Below, one piece after another: positions 54,456 to 64,000 of a stretch of DNA of 64,000 nucleotides. Origin of the DNA: Candidatus Latescibacterota bacterium (GTDB lineage: Bacteria; Latescibacterota; UBA2968; UBA8231); contig OZ241889.1 in the NCBI GenBank assembly GCA_965203355.1, positions 2,400,001 through 2,464,000 on the forward strand, read 5' to 3'. The notes below the pieces were generated by a model, which worked only from the letters and a program-made list of their open reading frames with translations, was not told the DNA's origin and did no database searches. Every line of letters begins with the position of its first letter. Position 1 is the first letter of the stretch. Both the position numbers and the translations under genes were made by a program.

Positions 54456-55703
54456 CTATTCGTAGCGCAGGGCGTCTATGGGGTTGAGGAGGGCGGCTTG
54501 GCGGGCCGGGTAGATGCCAAAACCAATGCCGACCGCCGCCGAAACCCCAAAGGCGAGGGCAATGGTCCAAGGCTGGACGATGGTGCGCCAGCCCGCGTAC
54601 AGGGTGATCAATTCCGGGATGGCGTAGCCCAGCACTACTCCAGTCAGGCCGCCGATTAGGCTGACCAACAGCGACTCGACCAAAAATTGCGCCAGGATGT
54701 CGCGCCGCCGCGCCCCCAAGGCTCGGCGGATGCCGATTTCGCGGGTGCGTTCGAGCACCGAGGCCAGCATGATATTCATAATGCCGATGCCGCCGACCAA
54801 CAGGGAAATACCAGCGATGCAGCCCATGACGACATTGAAGATCTGCTGCGTTTTCTGGCTTTGGCGCAACAGCTCTTCGGGAATGGCGATCTTGAAGTCC
54901 TCGACGCCGCGATGCCGCCGGTTGAGGATGGTGCGGACGATGGTCGCGACCTCTGGCAATTGGTTGGAGTTGGGGATTTTGACGGTGATTTGGGTCAGTT
55001 CAGGCTCGCCCGGCTCCCAGTGAAAGCGGTTGAGCAGGGCCGTCAGGGGAACGTAGATATCTTCGTCGGTGTTGCGGACTTCGAGCACCCCGCCGATTTT
55101 GCCGCCGGCCGCGCCCTTGTCTTCGAGTACGCCGATGACCGTGAACCACTGGTTGCGGATTTTGACTCGCCCGCCCAAGGGATTGTCAAAAAAGAACAGC
55201 GCCCGCTTGGCGTCTGCGCCCAGCACGCATACGCGCTTGGCGGTGTTCAAGTCTTCGGCAGAGAAAAAGACCCCGCTCCCCATGCGGGCGTCGAGCACCG
55301 GCAGATAGTCGGGCGTTGTGCCCACCACCATGGTGCGGAAGGTGTGGTCTTGGGCTTGGGCTTTGACCCGGAGCTCGCGCTGGGGGGTGACGTAGTCGGC
55401 CAAAAGGCAGATGCGGGCAATGGACCGCGCATCGTCCCAAGTTAGGCCTGGGGAGCGATTGTGGTCGCTGTCGGCGGATTCGGATGCCTCGTCGGCTTCT
55501 TTTCGCCAATGCTGGACGATGATATTGCTAATGCCCATCTGACGGATTTGTTCGAGCGATTCCTGCTTGGCACCTTCGCCGATGGAGAGCATGGCAATGA
55601 CGGCCGCTACGCCGAAGATGATACCAAGCATGGTCAGCAAGGTCCGCAGCTTGTGCGACAGGAGGCCGACGAGGCTCACAGAGATAGTTTCGCGTACATC
55701 CAT
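54456..55703 (-). CDS. MacB-like ABC transporter permease
   Basis: LRTLLTMLGIIFGVAAVI, SLLVGGIGIMNIMLASV.ERTREIGIR, PIDALRYE. Confidence 0.95.
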   Translation of the reverse strand: MDVRETISVSLVGLLSHKLRTLLTMLGIIFGVAAVIAMLSIGEGAKQESLEQIRQMGISNIIVQHWRKEADEASESADSDHNRSPGLTWDDARSIARICLLADYVTPQRELRVKAQAQDHTFRTMVVGTTPDYLPVLDARMGSGVFFSAEDLNTAKRVCVLGADAKRALFFFDNPLGGRVKIRNQWFTVIGVLEDKGAAGGKIGGVLEVRNTDEDIYVPLTALLNRFHWEPGEPELTQITVKIPNSNQLPEVATIVRTILNRRHRGVEDFKIAIPEELLRQSQKTQQIFNVVMGCIAGISLLVGGIGIMNIMLASVLERTREIGIRRALGARRRDILAQFLVESLLVSLIGGLTGVVLGYAIPELITLYAGWRTIVQPWTIALAFGVSAAVGIGFGIYPARQAALLNPIDALRYE

Positions 55704-57055
55704 TAGTGCGCTTGGGGAGCGGGCAAGGCGTCGGCTGCTTCCATGAGGCCGCTGGCGTCGGCCGCTTGGAGTGGGTCGCGCAGGGCGACATGGTCGTCGG
55801 GTGCCAGCCCTTGTTCGACGATGACGAAGTCCTCGTTTTTCTGGCCCAGCTTCACTTCCCGTTCCTCGGGCTGGCCGTTCACTAAGCGATAGACGAGGGT
55901 GCGTCCATCTTTCTCAAAGACCGCGTCTAGGGGGATGTAGAGAGGCATGGGCGCGGCGGTCGCGACTTCGGCCGCATCGCTTTGTACGGAGTCGGGCGCG
56001 GCGCTAGGCTTTGGCGGGATGGTCTCGACGACGACGTGACAGGTGGCGGTCATGCCGGGTTTGAGGCGAACATCTTCTTCTTCGATCTGGACGATTACGT
56101 CAAATACTTTGACGTTTTTTTCGCCTTCCTTCTCGCGGCCGAGCGAGGCGATGCTCTTGATTTTGCCGTGGAATGTTGGTTCGGGCAGGGCGTCGAGTTT
56201 GATGGTGGCGACTTGGCCGGTGTCGAGCTTATCGACCTCGACCTCGTTGACGTAGGTTTTGACCTGCATCTGGGAGAGGTCGGGCAGAGAAATGACGTTG
56301 ACGCCGCCCCAGATTTCGTCGCCGACGCGGACCTTTTCCGGCCGCGCGCCTTTCCAAACTTTGCCGTACACGACTAAACCGGGCTTTTCGGCCTTGATGG
56401 TCGTGCTTGCTAGATCGTCGCGTGCCTGTTTCAAATCGCGCTCTTCGCGCTCGATTTCGAGTTGGCGCTTTTTGACTTCAGCGGCGTTGACGATTTTTTG
56501 CGAGGCCAGTTTTTCGCTGGCTTGCTGGTGGCTCAGCGTGGCTTTGTAGGCCTCGATTTCGGCTTCTTCCTTTTGCACCGTGGCCTCAAAGGCCATGCGT
56601 TCGATCTTTAGCTCGGCCAAGCGCAAGTTGGCCTCCTCGTTGGCGATTTCGGCTTCGAGCTTGGCGATTTCGGCTTTTTGGGTGGCTAGCGTTTTCTCTA
56701 GGTCGGCCTTGGAGGACTCGACTTGCTGCTCGGCGTCCATGACCCGCTTCTGAAAATCCGTCTGTTCAAATTGCACCAATAAATCGCCGACTGCGACTTG
56801 CTCGCCTTCGGGAAACAACTCGATGATTTTGAGCTGGCCGCGGACGCGGGGCGCGACGACGTTTTCGGCCTCGACCGATTCCAACTCGCCGCCCTTGAGC
56901 TTGAGTTCGATGACGAACGCGCCCTGCTGGACCGGATAGATGGGGATGGAGGATGCGGCTTCTTCTCGCATCAGGTGCTCGCCAAGCCAAGCCCCGCCTA
57001 AGACGAGGACTAAGAGCAGGGAAAACAGCCACCAGCGGCGTTTGATTTGCGTCAT
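55703..57055 (-). CDS. MacA-like membrane fusion protein
   Basis: N-terminal TM, lipoyl halves, coiled coil, PDLSQM, LKPGMTA. Confidence 0.88.
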   Translation of the reverse strand: MTQIKRRWWLFSLLLVLVLGGAWLGEHLMREEAASSIPIYPVQQGAFVIELKLKGGELESVEAENVVAPRVRGQLKIIELFPEGEQVAVGDLLVQFEQTDFQKRVMDAEQQVESSKADLEKTLATQKAEIAKLEAEIANEEANLRLAELKIERMAFEATVQKEEAEIEAYKATLSHQQASEKLASQKIVNAAEVKKRQLEIEREERDLKQARDDLASTTIKAEKPGLVVYGKVWKGARPEKVRVGDEIWGGVNVISLPDLSQMQVKTYVNEVEVDKLDTGQVATIKLDALPEPTFHGKIKSIASLGREKEGEKNVKVFDVIVQIEEEDVRLKPGMTATCHVVVETIPPKPSAAPDSVQSDAAEVATAAPMPLYIPLDAVFEKDGRTLVYRLVNGQPEEREVKLGQKNEDFVIVEQGLAPDDHVALRDPLQAADASGLMEAADALPAPQAH

Positions 57056-57070
57056 AAAGGCCCTTCCGCG

Positions 57071-58252
57071 TCAGGGTGCATTGGGGTGTTGCAGGGCGAC
57101 GATATCGCCTGCGGCCAAGCCAGCGGTGACGACCGCTGCGGTGGCGTTTTTTGGCCCGATCACTACGGCCACTTCCTTGAATTTTCCTTTGTCGAGGCGG
57201 AAAGCGACTAGCCCATCGTCCCGCTTGAAGAGGGCACCCAGCGGCACTGAAAGCACTTCCGGGATGGTTTCGAGGACGATTTCGACCTCGGCCGACATGC
57301 CGGGCTTGAGCCGGTTGTCCTGCTCGTCAATGTCGATGACGAGCTCGAAGACGTGGATATCGGGCGCGCCGGGCTGGGGCGATGCCATGGGGGCTAGTTC
57401 GGACACCGCCCCCTGGAAGACCGGGCCGGGAAAGGCTTCGAGGCGGATGTAAGCCCGCTGGCCGACGCGCACGCGCTCGATGTCCATTTCGCCGATTAGG
57501 CACAGCACCTGCATCTTGCTCAGGTCCGGGATTTCGAGCAGCGCGCGACCGCCCCAGACTTGGTCGCCGACCGCGACTTTGCCCTCCTCGTCGGTGCCGG
57601 GCTTCCAGATTTTGCGATAGACCACAATACCTGGTTTGACCGCATAGACGCTGGTGCGTTCGTAGTCGCGGTGCGCCTTTTCGTACCGCTCCTGTCGGCG
57701 GGCGATTCTCAACTCGTGATTGAGAAAATCCACGCGATTGACCACTTCTTGGGCGGTGGACTCCTGTCGCGCTTCCGCTACGGCACGCCGAGCCTTCGCC
57801 GCCTGGATGCGCCCTTGCTCTTGGTCGATGGTCGAGGCGAACTGCTGGCGTTCTTGGTCGAGCGCGGCGAGTTTGAGCTCGGCTTGGCGCTGCTGGATCT
57901 TGCGCTTGATGTCGGCTAGGCGTTGCTCGCTTTCGGCCTTGGCCTTGGTAAAGTCCGAATGGGCCTCTTCTAGCCGGCCCTCGCGGTTGAGCATCTCTCG
58001 TTCAAACTCGGCCGGGTCGAACTGGAGGATCAAATCGCCGACATCCACTTGCTCCCCTTCGGGCCAGAGGTGGACGATTTTGAGCCGGCCGCCGATCCGC
58101 GGCGACACCACGACTTCGCCGCTGGCCGCCCGCACCTCGCCGCCCTCAAAGTGCGTCACGGTAAAATCGCCGCGTACGACCTCGGCGGTGGGTAGGTCGG
58201 GTGGTGCGCCTTGACAGGCGCAGAGCGCGAGGACGCAAAAGACCGCTCTCAC
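57071..58252 (-). CDS. Second MacA-like membrane fusion protein (lipoprotein)
   Basis: LCAC lipobox-like start, EG..V..GD, PDLSKM, LKPGMSA. Confidence 0.88.
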   Translation of the reverse strand: MRAVFCVLALCACQGAPPDLPTAEVVRGDFTVTHFEGGEVRAASGEVVVSPRIGGRLKIVHLWPEGEQVDVGDLILQFDPAEFEREMLNREGRLEEAHSDFTKAKAESEQRLADIKRKIQQRQAELKLAALDQERQQFASTIDQEQGRIQAAKARRAVAEARQESTAQEVVNRVDFLNHELRIARRQERYEKAHRDYERTSVYAVKPGIVVYRKIWKPGTDEEGKVAVGDQVWGGRALLEIPDLSKMQVLCLIGEMDIERVRVGQRAYIRLEAFPGPVFQGAVSELAPMASPQPGAPDIHVFELVIDIDEQDNRLKPGMSAEVEIVLETIPEVLSVPLGALFKRDDGLVAFRLDKGKFKEVAVVIGPKNATAAVVTAGLAAGDIVALQHPNAP

Positions 58253-58947
58253 GGGGCGACCTCGGCGGTGGGATGATCGCTTTCGATGCGGCCATCGTGG
58301 AAGCGGACGATGCGGCGGCTGCGGCGGGCGAGGTGTTCTTCGTGCGTTACGAGGAGGATCGTGTTGCCCGCCGCGTGTACTTGGTCGAAGAGGTCCATGA
58401 TTTCGTCGCCGGTGCGGGAGTCGAGGGCACCGGTCGGCTCGTCGGCGAGGATGATGGAAGGCTCGTTGACGAGTGCGCGCGCAATGGCCACGCGCTGCCG
58501 TTGGCCGCCAGACAGCTCGTTGGGCCGATGCCCAATGCGCTCGGCCAAGCCCACAGATTCGAGGGCGCGGGTGGCTCGTGCGCGGCGTTGGCGCGCTGGT
58601 AGGCCGCTGTAAATCAGCGGCAGCTCGACATTGCCGAGGGCATTGGCGCGGGGCAGGAGGTTAAAGGTTTGAAATACAAAGCCGATCTCTTGATTGCGGA
58701 TCCGCGCTAGATCGTCGTCGTCCATTTCGCTGACGAGGGCGTTGCCGAGGGCATAGCTGCCCGAGGTGGGTACGTCGAGGCAGCCGAGGATGTTGAGCAA
58801 GGTGCTTTTGCCCGATCCCGACGGCCCCATGATGGCCACGTACTCGCCCGTGGCCACGCAGAGGTCCACCTCGCTTAGAGCGTGGACCGCGGTCGCCCCC
58901 ATGTCGTAGATTTTGGTCAGGTTGCGTATTTCAATGATCGCGTCCAT
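58249..58947 (-). CDS. ABC transporter ATP-binding protein (LolD/MacB type)
   Basis: [33 protein letters not shown]. Start MDAII, GAGGAGG RBS. Confidence 0.95.
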   Translation of the reverse strand: MDAIIEIRNLTKIYDMGATAVHALSEVDLCVATGEYVAIMGPSGSGKSTLLNILGCLDVPTSGSYALGNALVSEMDDDDLARIRNQEIGFVFQTFNLLPRANALGNVELPLIYSGLPARQRRARATRALESVGLAERIGHRPNELSGGQRQRVAIARALVNEPSIILADEPTGALDSRTGDEIMDLFDQVHAAGNTILLVTHEEHLARRSRRIVRFHDGRIESDHPTAEVAP

Positions 58948-59596
58948 CGGCCTCCTCAACCGAGCGCACTTGCCTCCGTTCCAGCCACCCGGCCACCGTC
59001 GCTGGTGGCCGGCGTACGCGCACGTAGTCGGCGCGCTCTTCCTCGACGAGCAGGACCGCACCCGCCTCAACGCGGGCTAGCACTGGGGCACTACGATCCG
59101 GGGTAGCGCGCAACGCACCGCCGGCGGGCGCGTACACCATGCGCTCGACAAAGCGGTCAATCGTGGCTCTGAACACGGCGATGGCGTCGCGGGCCAAATC
59201 GCCGTGGGGCTCGACCCGCACGGTCGCTAGCTGGCTGTAACGCCAAGTGACACCGGCACCCGCTCGGCTCGGCGTGCGGAGATGGGCCCATTCGGGTACT
59301 GGAGCAGATGCCTTGGGGCCGGCGGCGGTAAAGACTGCGGTGACCAAGGTCTCGGTCTCGGGGTTGTAAGGGCTAGGTTGGGCCTGCCAGCGGAGCAATT
59401 GGCCGTCTTCGTACGCTTGCAGGATATAGGCGCGGGTGAGTTCGTCGAAGCGGGCGACAATGCCCCGGTATTCACACTCGGTGCGTTGCAATCCGTCGAT
59501 GTCGCGGGCCATATCGCGCTCAACGCTTCGGTTGGGAGAGGGCAGCAAGACGAGGGCGGGCGCGAGCACCGTCTTGAAGAGGCGGGCAGCTAACAT
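58931..59596 (-). CDS. Hypothetical protein with C-terminal SH3b-like domain
   Basis: LRATP...VLA.V..G...YVRV...AGWL. First gene of the ABC operon, behind a promoter. Confidence 0.65.
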   Translation of the reverse strand: MLAARLFKTVLAPALVLLPSPNRSVERDMARDIDGLQRTECEYRGIVARFDELTRAYILQAYEDGQLLRWQAQPSPYNPETETLVTAVFTAAGPKASAPVPEWAHLRTPSRAGAGVTWRYSQLATVRVEPHGDLARDAIAVFRATIDRFVERMVYAPAGGALRATPDRSAPVLARVEAGAVLLVEEERADYVRVRRPPATVAGWLERRQVRSVEEADGRDH

Positions 59597-59611
59597 GGCG
59601 TTGATATAAAG

Positions 59612-59640
59612 ATGATAGCCGAGCGGTGTATCCTTGTCAA
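59612..59640 (-). promoter_or_regulatory. Putative sigma70 promoter of the SH3-ABC-MFP operon
   Basis: Minus strand TTGACA-17 nt-TATCAT. Confidence 0.7.
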
Positions 59641-59827
59641 AGAGACAATCGAGGTTTAGGAGAGCGGCGGGCCATTCGTCTGACGCATGGAGACCGCGAG
59701 GGCCATTTCGGGATCGGCACATCCGAGAGCGGCTTTATCCCGCCCCTTGCTACATTTTTTTTCCGCCGGAATGTGCTTATGTTTCCCCAACAGCGCGTTC
59801 TATTAACCTTATGTAAGGAGGCACGTT

Positions 59828-60817
59828 ATGAACTATCGATCCCTGCGGATCGCCTGCTTGGCAACGCTGGGGCTGGCCGTTGCTGGCTGGGGGGACGCCG
59901 ATGGTAAAATCGCGTTTCTCTCCAACCGCGAGGGGTTCAATGATGTGTGGATTATGAATGCGGACGGGAGCGACCTGGTGAACCTAACCCAAGGCCAGTA
60001 TTGCGATAGCCCGATTTGGTCGCCGGATGGCACGAAGATCGCCTATCTCGATGTTGGTGCCGATTATTCCGGTAGGGATGTTTGGGTGATGGACGCCGAT
60101 GGCGGCAATCGAAAACAGCTAACAGACGATATTGAATTCATCGGCCCTAACGGTGCAGACGACCTGTTTTGGTCTGAAGACGGCCAAAGCATTTACTACT
60201 TTGTGTGGGATCGCTTTGAGATGTTTGCCTTGGCGCCAGACGGCAGCGGATCCGCACTGGTGGAGTGGAGAGGTGTAGAATGGAGAGAGGCGGCTTTGAT
60301 ACTCCGCCGCTTCTGGGATCGCCGCTATCTTTCTCCAGACGAAACCAAACGGGCCTTCGTCGGCGTTCTGCATGGTGCTGAAGAGGGCCAAGCTGCGGAC
60401 GAAGAGGGCCGAGACCTCTTCATTGCGATCACTGAAGACCCCCCTTTGCTCGGTTCAGACCGGGTCACGACCGTTCTCCTGTCTGGTCAACCTGTTGCGC
60501 TCTTTTTTGGGGATGGGGGGCGCGGCGATTCTTGGACCACTACTAGTTTTCCCCTTACTTGGGCACCCAACAGCACGAGGGTAGCCTTCACTTCGTACAC
60601 CATTTTCAAGAGTTCTGGCACTTCTTACTCCTATTATCCCGACACTGGGGAGATTTGGGCCGTTGATATAGACGGGAGCAACTTGGTCAATCTGACCAAC
60701 GGTTTGGGCGGCGATCATCCCATTTGGCAACCGGTCGTCCCGGCTGCCATGGCTACAAGCGTCGAGGCCCAGTCTTGGGGGCGGATCAAATCGCTGCTTT
60801 CAACAGGTACTCGTTAA
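59828..60817 (+). CDS. TolB-like (PD40) beta-propeller exported protein with C-terminal SWGxIK motif
   Basis: TAAGGAGG RBS, signal peptide, KIAF.SNR, MNADGS...LT, WSPDG, ends TSVEAQSWGRIKSLLSTGTR. Confidence 0.85.
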   Translation: MNYRSLRIACLATLGLAVAGWGDADGKIAFLSNREGFNDVWIMNADGSDLVNLTQGQYCDSPIWSPDGTKIAYLDVGADYSGRDVWVMDADGGNRKQLTDDIEFIGPNGADDLFWSEDGQSIYYFVWDRFEMFALAPDGSGSALVEWRGVEWREAALILRRFWDRRYLSPDETKRAFVGVLHGAEEGQAADEEGRDLFIAITEDPPLLGSDRVTTVLLSGQPVALFFGDGGRGDSWTTTSFPLTWAPNSTRVAFTSYTIFKSSGTSYSYYPDTGEIWAVDIDGSNLVNLTNGLGGDHPIWQPVVPAAMATSVEAQSWGRIKSLLSTGTR

Positions 60818-60895
60818 TCGCTGCCGAGCAGTAGGCGGACCAAGCGGCCTTGTTCAGAGTGGATGCGGCGATGGTGCTGCGCCGCTAGTGGAGGG

Positions 60896-61990
60896 TCAGC
60901 GGACTTTGCCGCGCCCGGCGATTTCCCAGATCGCCTCCAGCCGATTGGCCCGCAGCGCGTAGAGGTGATCGTGGAGATTGACCGTGGTGCATCCGTGGCC
61001 GGGGATCAATTCGAGCAGGTCGCCGGGCTGGAGATCGGTGCAGGGGCCGGCTGTGGTCTTGATGCGGCCGTGCTCCTCGGAGAGGGCATGGCATTCCAAG
61101 TCGGGGCGGTCCTTGACGAGGGGGAAGCCGTGCTCGGGCGTCAGGCTCTTGAGGCCGGCGTCGGTGATGACCTGCTCGGGCGTGGGGCGGCTGGTAACGG
61201 TGGTCAGTACGCTGAGCGCGTTTTTGAAGCCCAAGCCCAGTTTGGCGTAGGCCGCATCCATTAGCGCGTACGAGCCCGCTTGGACCTCGGTAATGCCGTC
61301 GAAGGAAGTGCTGACGTAGTAATCGCCCGTACCCGAGGCACTGCAAATTGGGCAGTCAAGGCCGGCGCGTTCCACCTCGTCGCGGGCATTGACGAGGCGC
61401 TGGAGGCAGGTGCGGGCCCCATCGTCGCGGGCCGCCTTGTCCTCGAGGTCAATGACGTGGCCTTCGTAGCCCATTAGGCCGCAGAAGCGCAGGTGCGGTG
61501 CTTGGGAGGCCGCGCGGGCGAGAGCGACGACGGTGGCGGGCGCGACGCCGCAGCGGTTGTGGCCGATGTTGACTTCCACGAGGACGCGGGGGCTGACCTG
61601 ATAGGCTTGGGCTGCCTCGTTGAGATCGGCGAGATTTCGCGGGTTATCAACTGCGACCATGATGTCGCAACGAGCGGCCAGCACCATGAGACGCTCGATC
61701 TTGCGGCGACCGACGACCTCGTTGGCAATGAGGATGTCGTGGATGCCAGCGTCGGCCATGGCCTCGGCTTCTCCGACCTTGGCGCAGGTGATTCCCCGTG
61801 CGCCGGCGGTGAGCTGGAGGTGGGCGATGGCCGGGGTTTTGTGCGACTTGGTGTGCGGCCGGAGGTTTTTGCCTGTTGTGCGGAAGTGCTCGGCGAGGTG
61901 AGCGATGTTGTATTCGAGTGCGTCGAGATCGACCAAGAGGACCGGGGTGTCGATGGCGTCGCGGGTCATGCCGATGTGTTCGGTAGTCAT
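60896..61990 (-). CDS. DSD1 / D-threonine aldolase family PLP enzyme
   Basis: DTPVL.VD, LRPHTKSHK, CAKVGEAE, RCGV, GYEGH, DAGLKS, LSEEHG, PGHGC.TVN. Confidence 0.92.
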   Translation of the reverse strand: MTTEHIGMTRDAIDTPVLLVDLDALEYNIAHLAEHFRTTGKNLRPHTKSHKTPAIAHLQLTAGARGITCAKVGEAEAMADAGIHDILIANEVVGRRKIERLMVLAARCDIMVAVDNPRNLADLNEAAQAYQVSPRVLVEVNIGHNRCGVAPATVVALARAASQAPHLRFCGLMGYEGHVIDLEDKAARDDGARTCLQRLVNARDEVERAGLDCPICSASGTGDYYVSTSFDGITEVQAGSYALMDAAYAKLGLGFKNALSVLTTVTSRPTPEQVITDAGLKSLTPEHGFPLVKDRPDLECHALSEEHGRIKTTAGPCTDLQPGDLLELIPGHGCTTVNLHDHLYALRANRLEAIWEIAGRGKVR

Positions 61991-62910
61991 AAGCAGGGCT
62001 TTGGGGTTGTGGGGTGAATTATAGGTTGTGATTCGTCTTGTGCTCCCGGCTCGTAGTTAGTCCACAGCACCTCGCGCCGGCTGTCCTTGGTGGAATGGAT
62101 GGTTTTGTCCGGCCCGACTGTCTTGAACCAGCGAGCGGGCGGGAACAACTCGTCCATTAAGGGATGATGGTAGCCGGACACGGCCACCTTACCCTCGCAC
62201 GTGTTGACGACTTCGGCCAAGGTCCGGTGCTCGGCTTCGTCCATTTCAAAGCCGTATGCTTTGGCGTCGCCGCGCGTGGCATGTAAGTAGGGAGGGTCGC
62301 AGTAGAACAAGGTTTTGTGGCTGTCGTAGAGTTGAATCACCTCGACCGCGGGTCGGTTTTCAATCTGGACTCGGATCAGACGCTGGGCAATCTCGTCGAG
62401 CGCATCGACGCCCCCCAACCAGCGAGAGACCACGCCAGACATGCCAGCGCGGCTCGTATTCTTGCAGTTGGCCCAACGACCGAGGGAGGCCGTTTGCGCC
62501 AGCCCGGTGCGGGTCTGCCGCGCTTTGATGTAAAAACGTCGAGCGTGCTCTAAGGCCCCGATGTCCTCGGTGCTGCCGTAGATGGCGTGGTAGTATTCCT
62601 CGCGTGAGAACGGCGTTAGAGCGATGGCGCGGATCAGTGCTTGGTGCTGGTCGCGCAGTACGCGAAAGAAATTCACTACCTCGCCGTCGAGATCGTTATA
62701 GGTTTCGACCGGAGCCGGTGCCCGGTTGATGAGTACGGCCCCGGACCCGGCAAACGGCTCGCAGTAATGATGACACTTGGGTAGCAGAGGGAGCAGCCAG
62801 TGGAGGTGCGAGAACTTCCCACCATACCAACCGAACGCAAGGCGACGGCGCGTGTGGTGCGACGGCGCGTCTGGGAAGATGGGGGACACGCCCCGCGATT
62901 TTTTGGTCAT
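61987..62910 (-). CDS. DNA adenine methyltransferase (Dam/D12 class), solitary
   Basis: WYGGK, EPFAGSG, YND, FYCDPPY, SGY, EVLW.NY. Confidence 0.92.
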   Translation of the reverse strand: MTKKSRGVSPIFPDAPSHHTRRRLAFGWYGGKFSHLHWLLPLLPKCHHYCEPFAGSGAVLINRAPAPVETYNDLDGEVVNFFRVLRDQHQALIRAIALTPFSREEYYHAIYGSTEDIGALEHARRFYIKARQTRTGLAQTASLGRWANCKNTSRAGMSGVVSRWLGGVDALDEIAQRLIRVQIENRPAVEVIQLYDSHKTLFYCDPPYLHATRGDAKAYGFEMDEAEHRTLAEVVNTCEGKVAVSGYHHPLMDELFPPARWFKTVGPDKTIHSTKDSRREVLWTNYEPGAQDESQPIIHPTTPKPCL

Positions 62911-62913
62911 GTG

Positions 62914-64000
62914 CTAAAACGCAAGTGGCAAGTCGCCGTTTTCGTCGAAGGGCATTTCCCCGGCTTCGGCGATGCGTTCCAAATCCTCGCGCTGTTCGAC
63001 TTCGGAGCGATAGGCTTCTGAGACGAGGAGCTCGCCCAGCTCCAAGGTGTTGTGGATGCGCAGGACCTTGGCGTTTTCAGGCGCGACTAGGCCGACGGTC
63101 TCGAGGGCCTTTTCAATACAGATGCGGTCCGTGTCGAAGTAGAGCGGGATGTGTGCGCCCGAGGGGTGGTTGCCGGTCATGCAGTTGATGTAGGTGATCG
63201 CGCGGTCCATCTGCTCAATGGCGCGCTTGTGGGCGTATTCGGCGATGCCAATGCCCGAGGCGTTGCCGTGGGTTTCTGCGGTCAGGCTGCGCACTAGGAT
63301 GCGAGTTACTTTGGGGTACTCCTTGTCGGCCGCGTGATTGTCGTGGAATTTGCGGCCAATGACATTGGTGTCCATGCCCGCGCCGGAGATGTTTTTGCCA
63401 ATCGCATCGACGATGAGCAGATCGACCTCGTCGAAGGGTAAGCGCGGCATCCATTCCTTGGCGAGGACTAACAATTCCCTTTCGCGCTCCGCGAACTCGT
63501 CGGCTCCCACGCCCTTGATGAGCGCGGTTTGGTCGTACTGGTTTTCGACTAAGGCCAGCCCCATGAGTACGCCGCATTGGTCGATGACGGCTTGGCCGAC
63601 CGAGCGGATGATGCGGTCGAAGCTGTAGTGGACAATGGCTTGGTGGTACAGGGCCGCACCTTTGTGCTTGCCCAAGCCGATGAGCATCATCTTGTGCAGG
63701 CCGCTCTCGATTTCGCCGACAAAGTTGGTGTGCGGCTTGACGCGGCCGACGACGGCTACGTGGTCGGCTTCAAAGGCGTACTGGTCGAAAAAGACCGGGA
63801 CGCCGTCTTCGGTCGCGCCTACCTGTACGGTTTCCATAGACGACTTAATAGGTGCGCCGGTGTACTCTTCGGTGACGCCGTAGCCTTCGATGATCGCCTG
63901 TTGCGCCTCGGCGATGCCGCCGCCGTGGCTGCCCATGGCCGGGACGAGAAAGGGCTGGAGGCCGAGGGCCTTGAACTCGGCCACGAGGCTTTTGATCACC
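62914..64000 (-). CDS. LarA-N/DUF2088-like (lactate racemase-like) protein, 5'-truncated by window edge
   Basis: VPAMGSHGG, RVKPHT, ESGL.KM..IGLGK..GA, GKNISG.GMD.NVIGR, HGNA.GIG. Confidence 0.8.
   Translation of the reverse strand, partial: VIKSLVAEFKALGLQPFLVPAMGSHGGGIAEAQQAIIEGYGVTEEYTGAPIKSSMETVQVGATEDGVPVFFDQYAFEADHVAVVGRVKPHTNFVGEIESGLHKMMLIGLGKHKGAALYHQAIVHYSFDRIIRSVGQAVIDQCGVLMGLALVENQYDQTALIKGVGADEFAERERELLVLAKEWMPRLPFDEVDLLIVDAIGKNISGAGMDTNVIGRKFHDNHAADKEYPKVTRILVRSLTAETHGNASGIGIAEYAHKRAIEQMDRAITYINCMTGNHPSGAHIPLYFDTDRICIEKALETVGLVAPENAKVLRIHNTLELGELLVSEAYRSEVEQREDLERIAEAGEMPFDENGDLPLAF

Noticed and set aside
62010-62050. GGAG-6 nt-ACG on the minus strand at the end of the Dam gene as a possible decayed REase start
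   Set aside because: Only a few codons long; not distinguishable from chance.

Overview
A GC-rich (about 63% by eye), gene-dense bacterial chromosomal segment with about 62 recognisable CDSs. I found no rRNA, tRNA, CRISPR array, transposase or integrase. The gene content (Bat operon, peptidase-TolB-Omp85 fusion, MbnP/MbnH pair, C-terminal SWGxIK-motif protein) suggests an FCB-group diderm such as a Latescibacteria-like lineage; this is inference only. Housekeeping content includes batA-E, polX, cysQ, RND and MacAB exporters, dapF, yicC-cmk-coaBC-udg-dnaB-obgE, thrB, HU, speD and a sigma54 two-component system. Accessory insertions are a low-GC C5-MTase plus NotI-like restriction cassette that splits a nucleosidase/SplB-like radical SAM/SDR module, a PIN toxin whose partner is fused to an Abi-alpha-like domain, an orphan Dam-family MTase and a small 5'-truncated coiled-coil cassette. 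The best candidates for undescribed biology are: (1) a Tpt1/ADP-ribosyltransferase-fold domain fused to HEAT repeats (40174-41265) behind an orphan ORF with its own promoter; (2) a four-gene outer-membrane operon built around a gluzincin-TolB-Omp85 fusion (23150-28664); (3) the SplB-like triad; (4) catalytic-residue variants (PolX missing two of three catalytic Asp; DapF with Ser/Ser instead of Cys/Cys); and (5) an apparent window-wide depletion of CCWGG with excess CTWGG, consistent with unrepaired 5mC deamination. All family assignments come from motif recognition by eye; no database searches were run.
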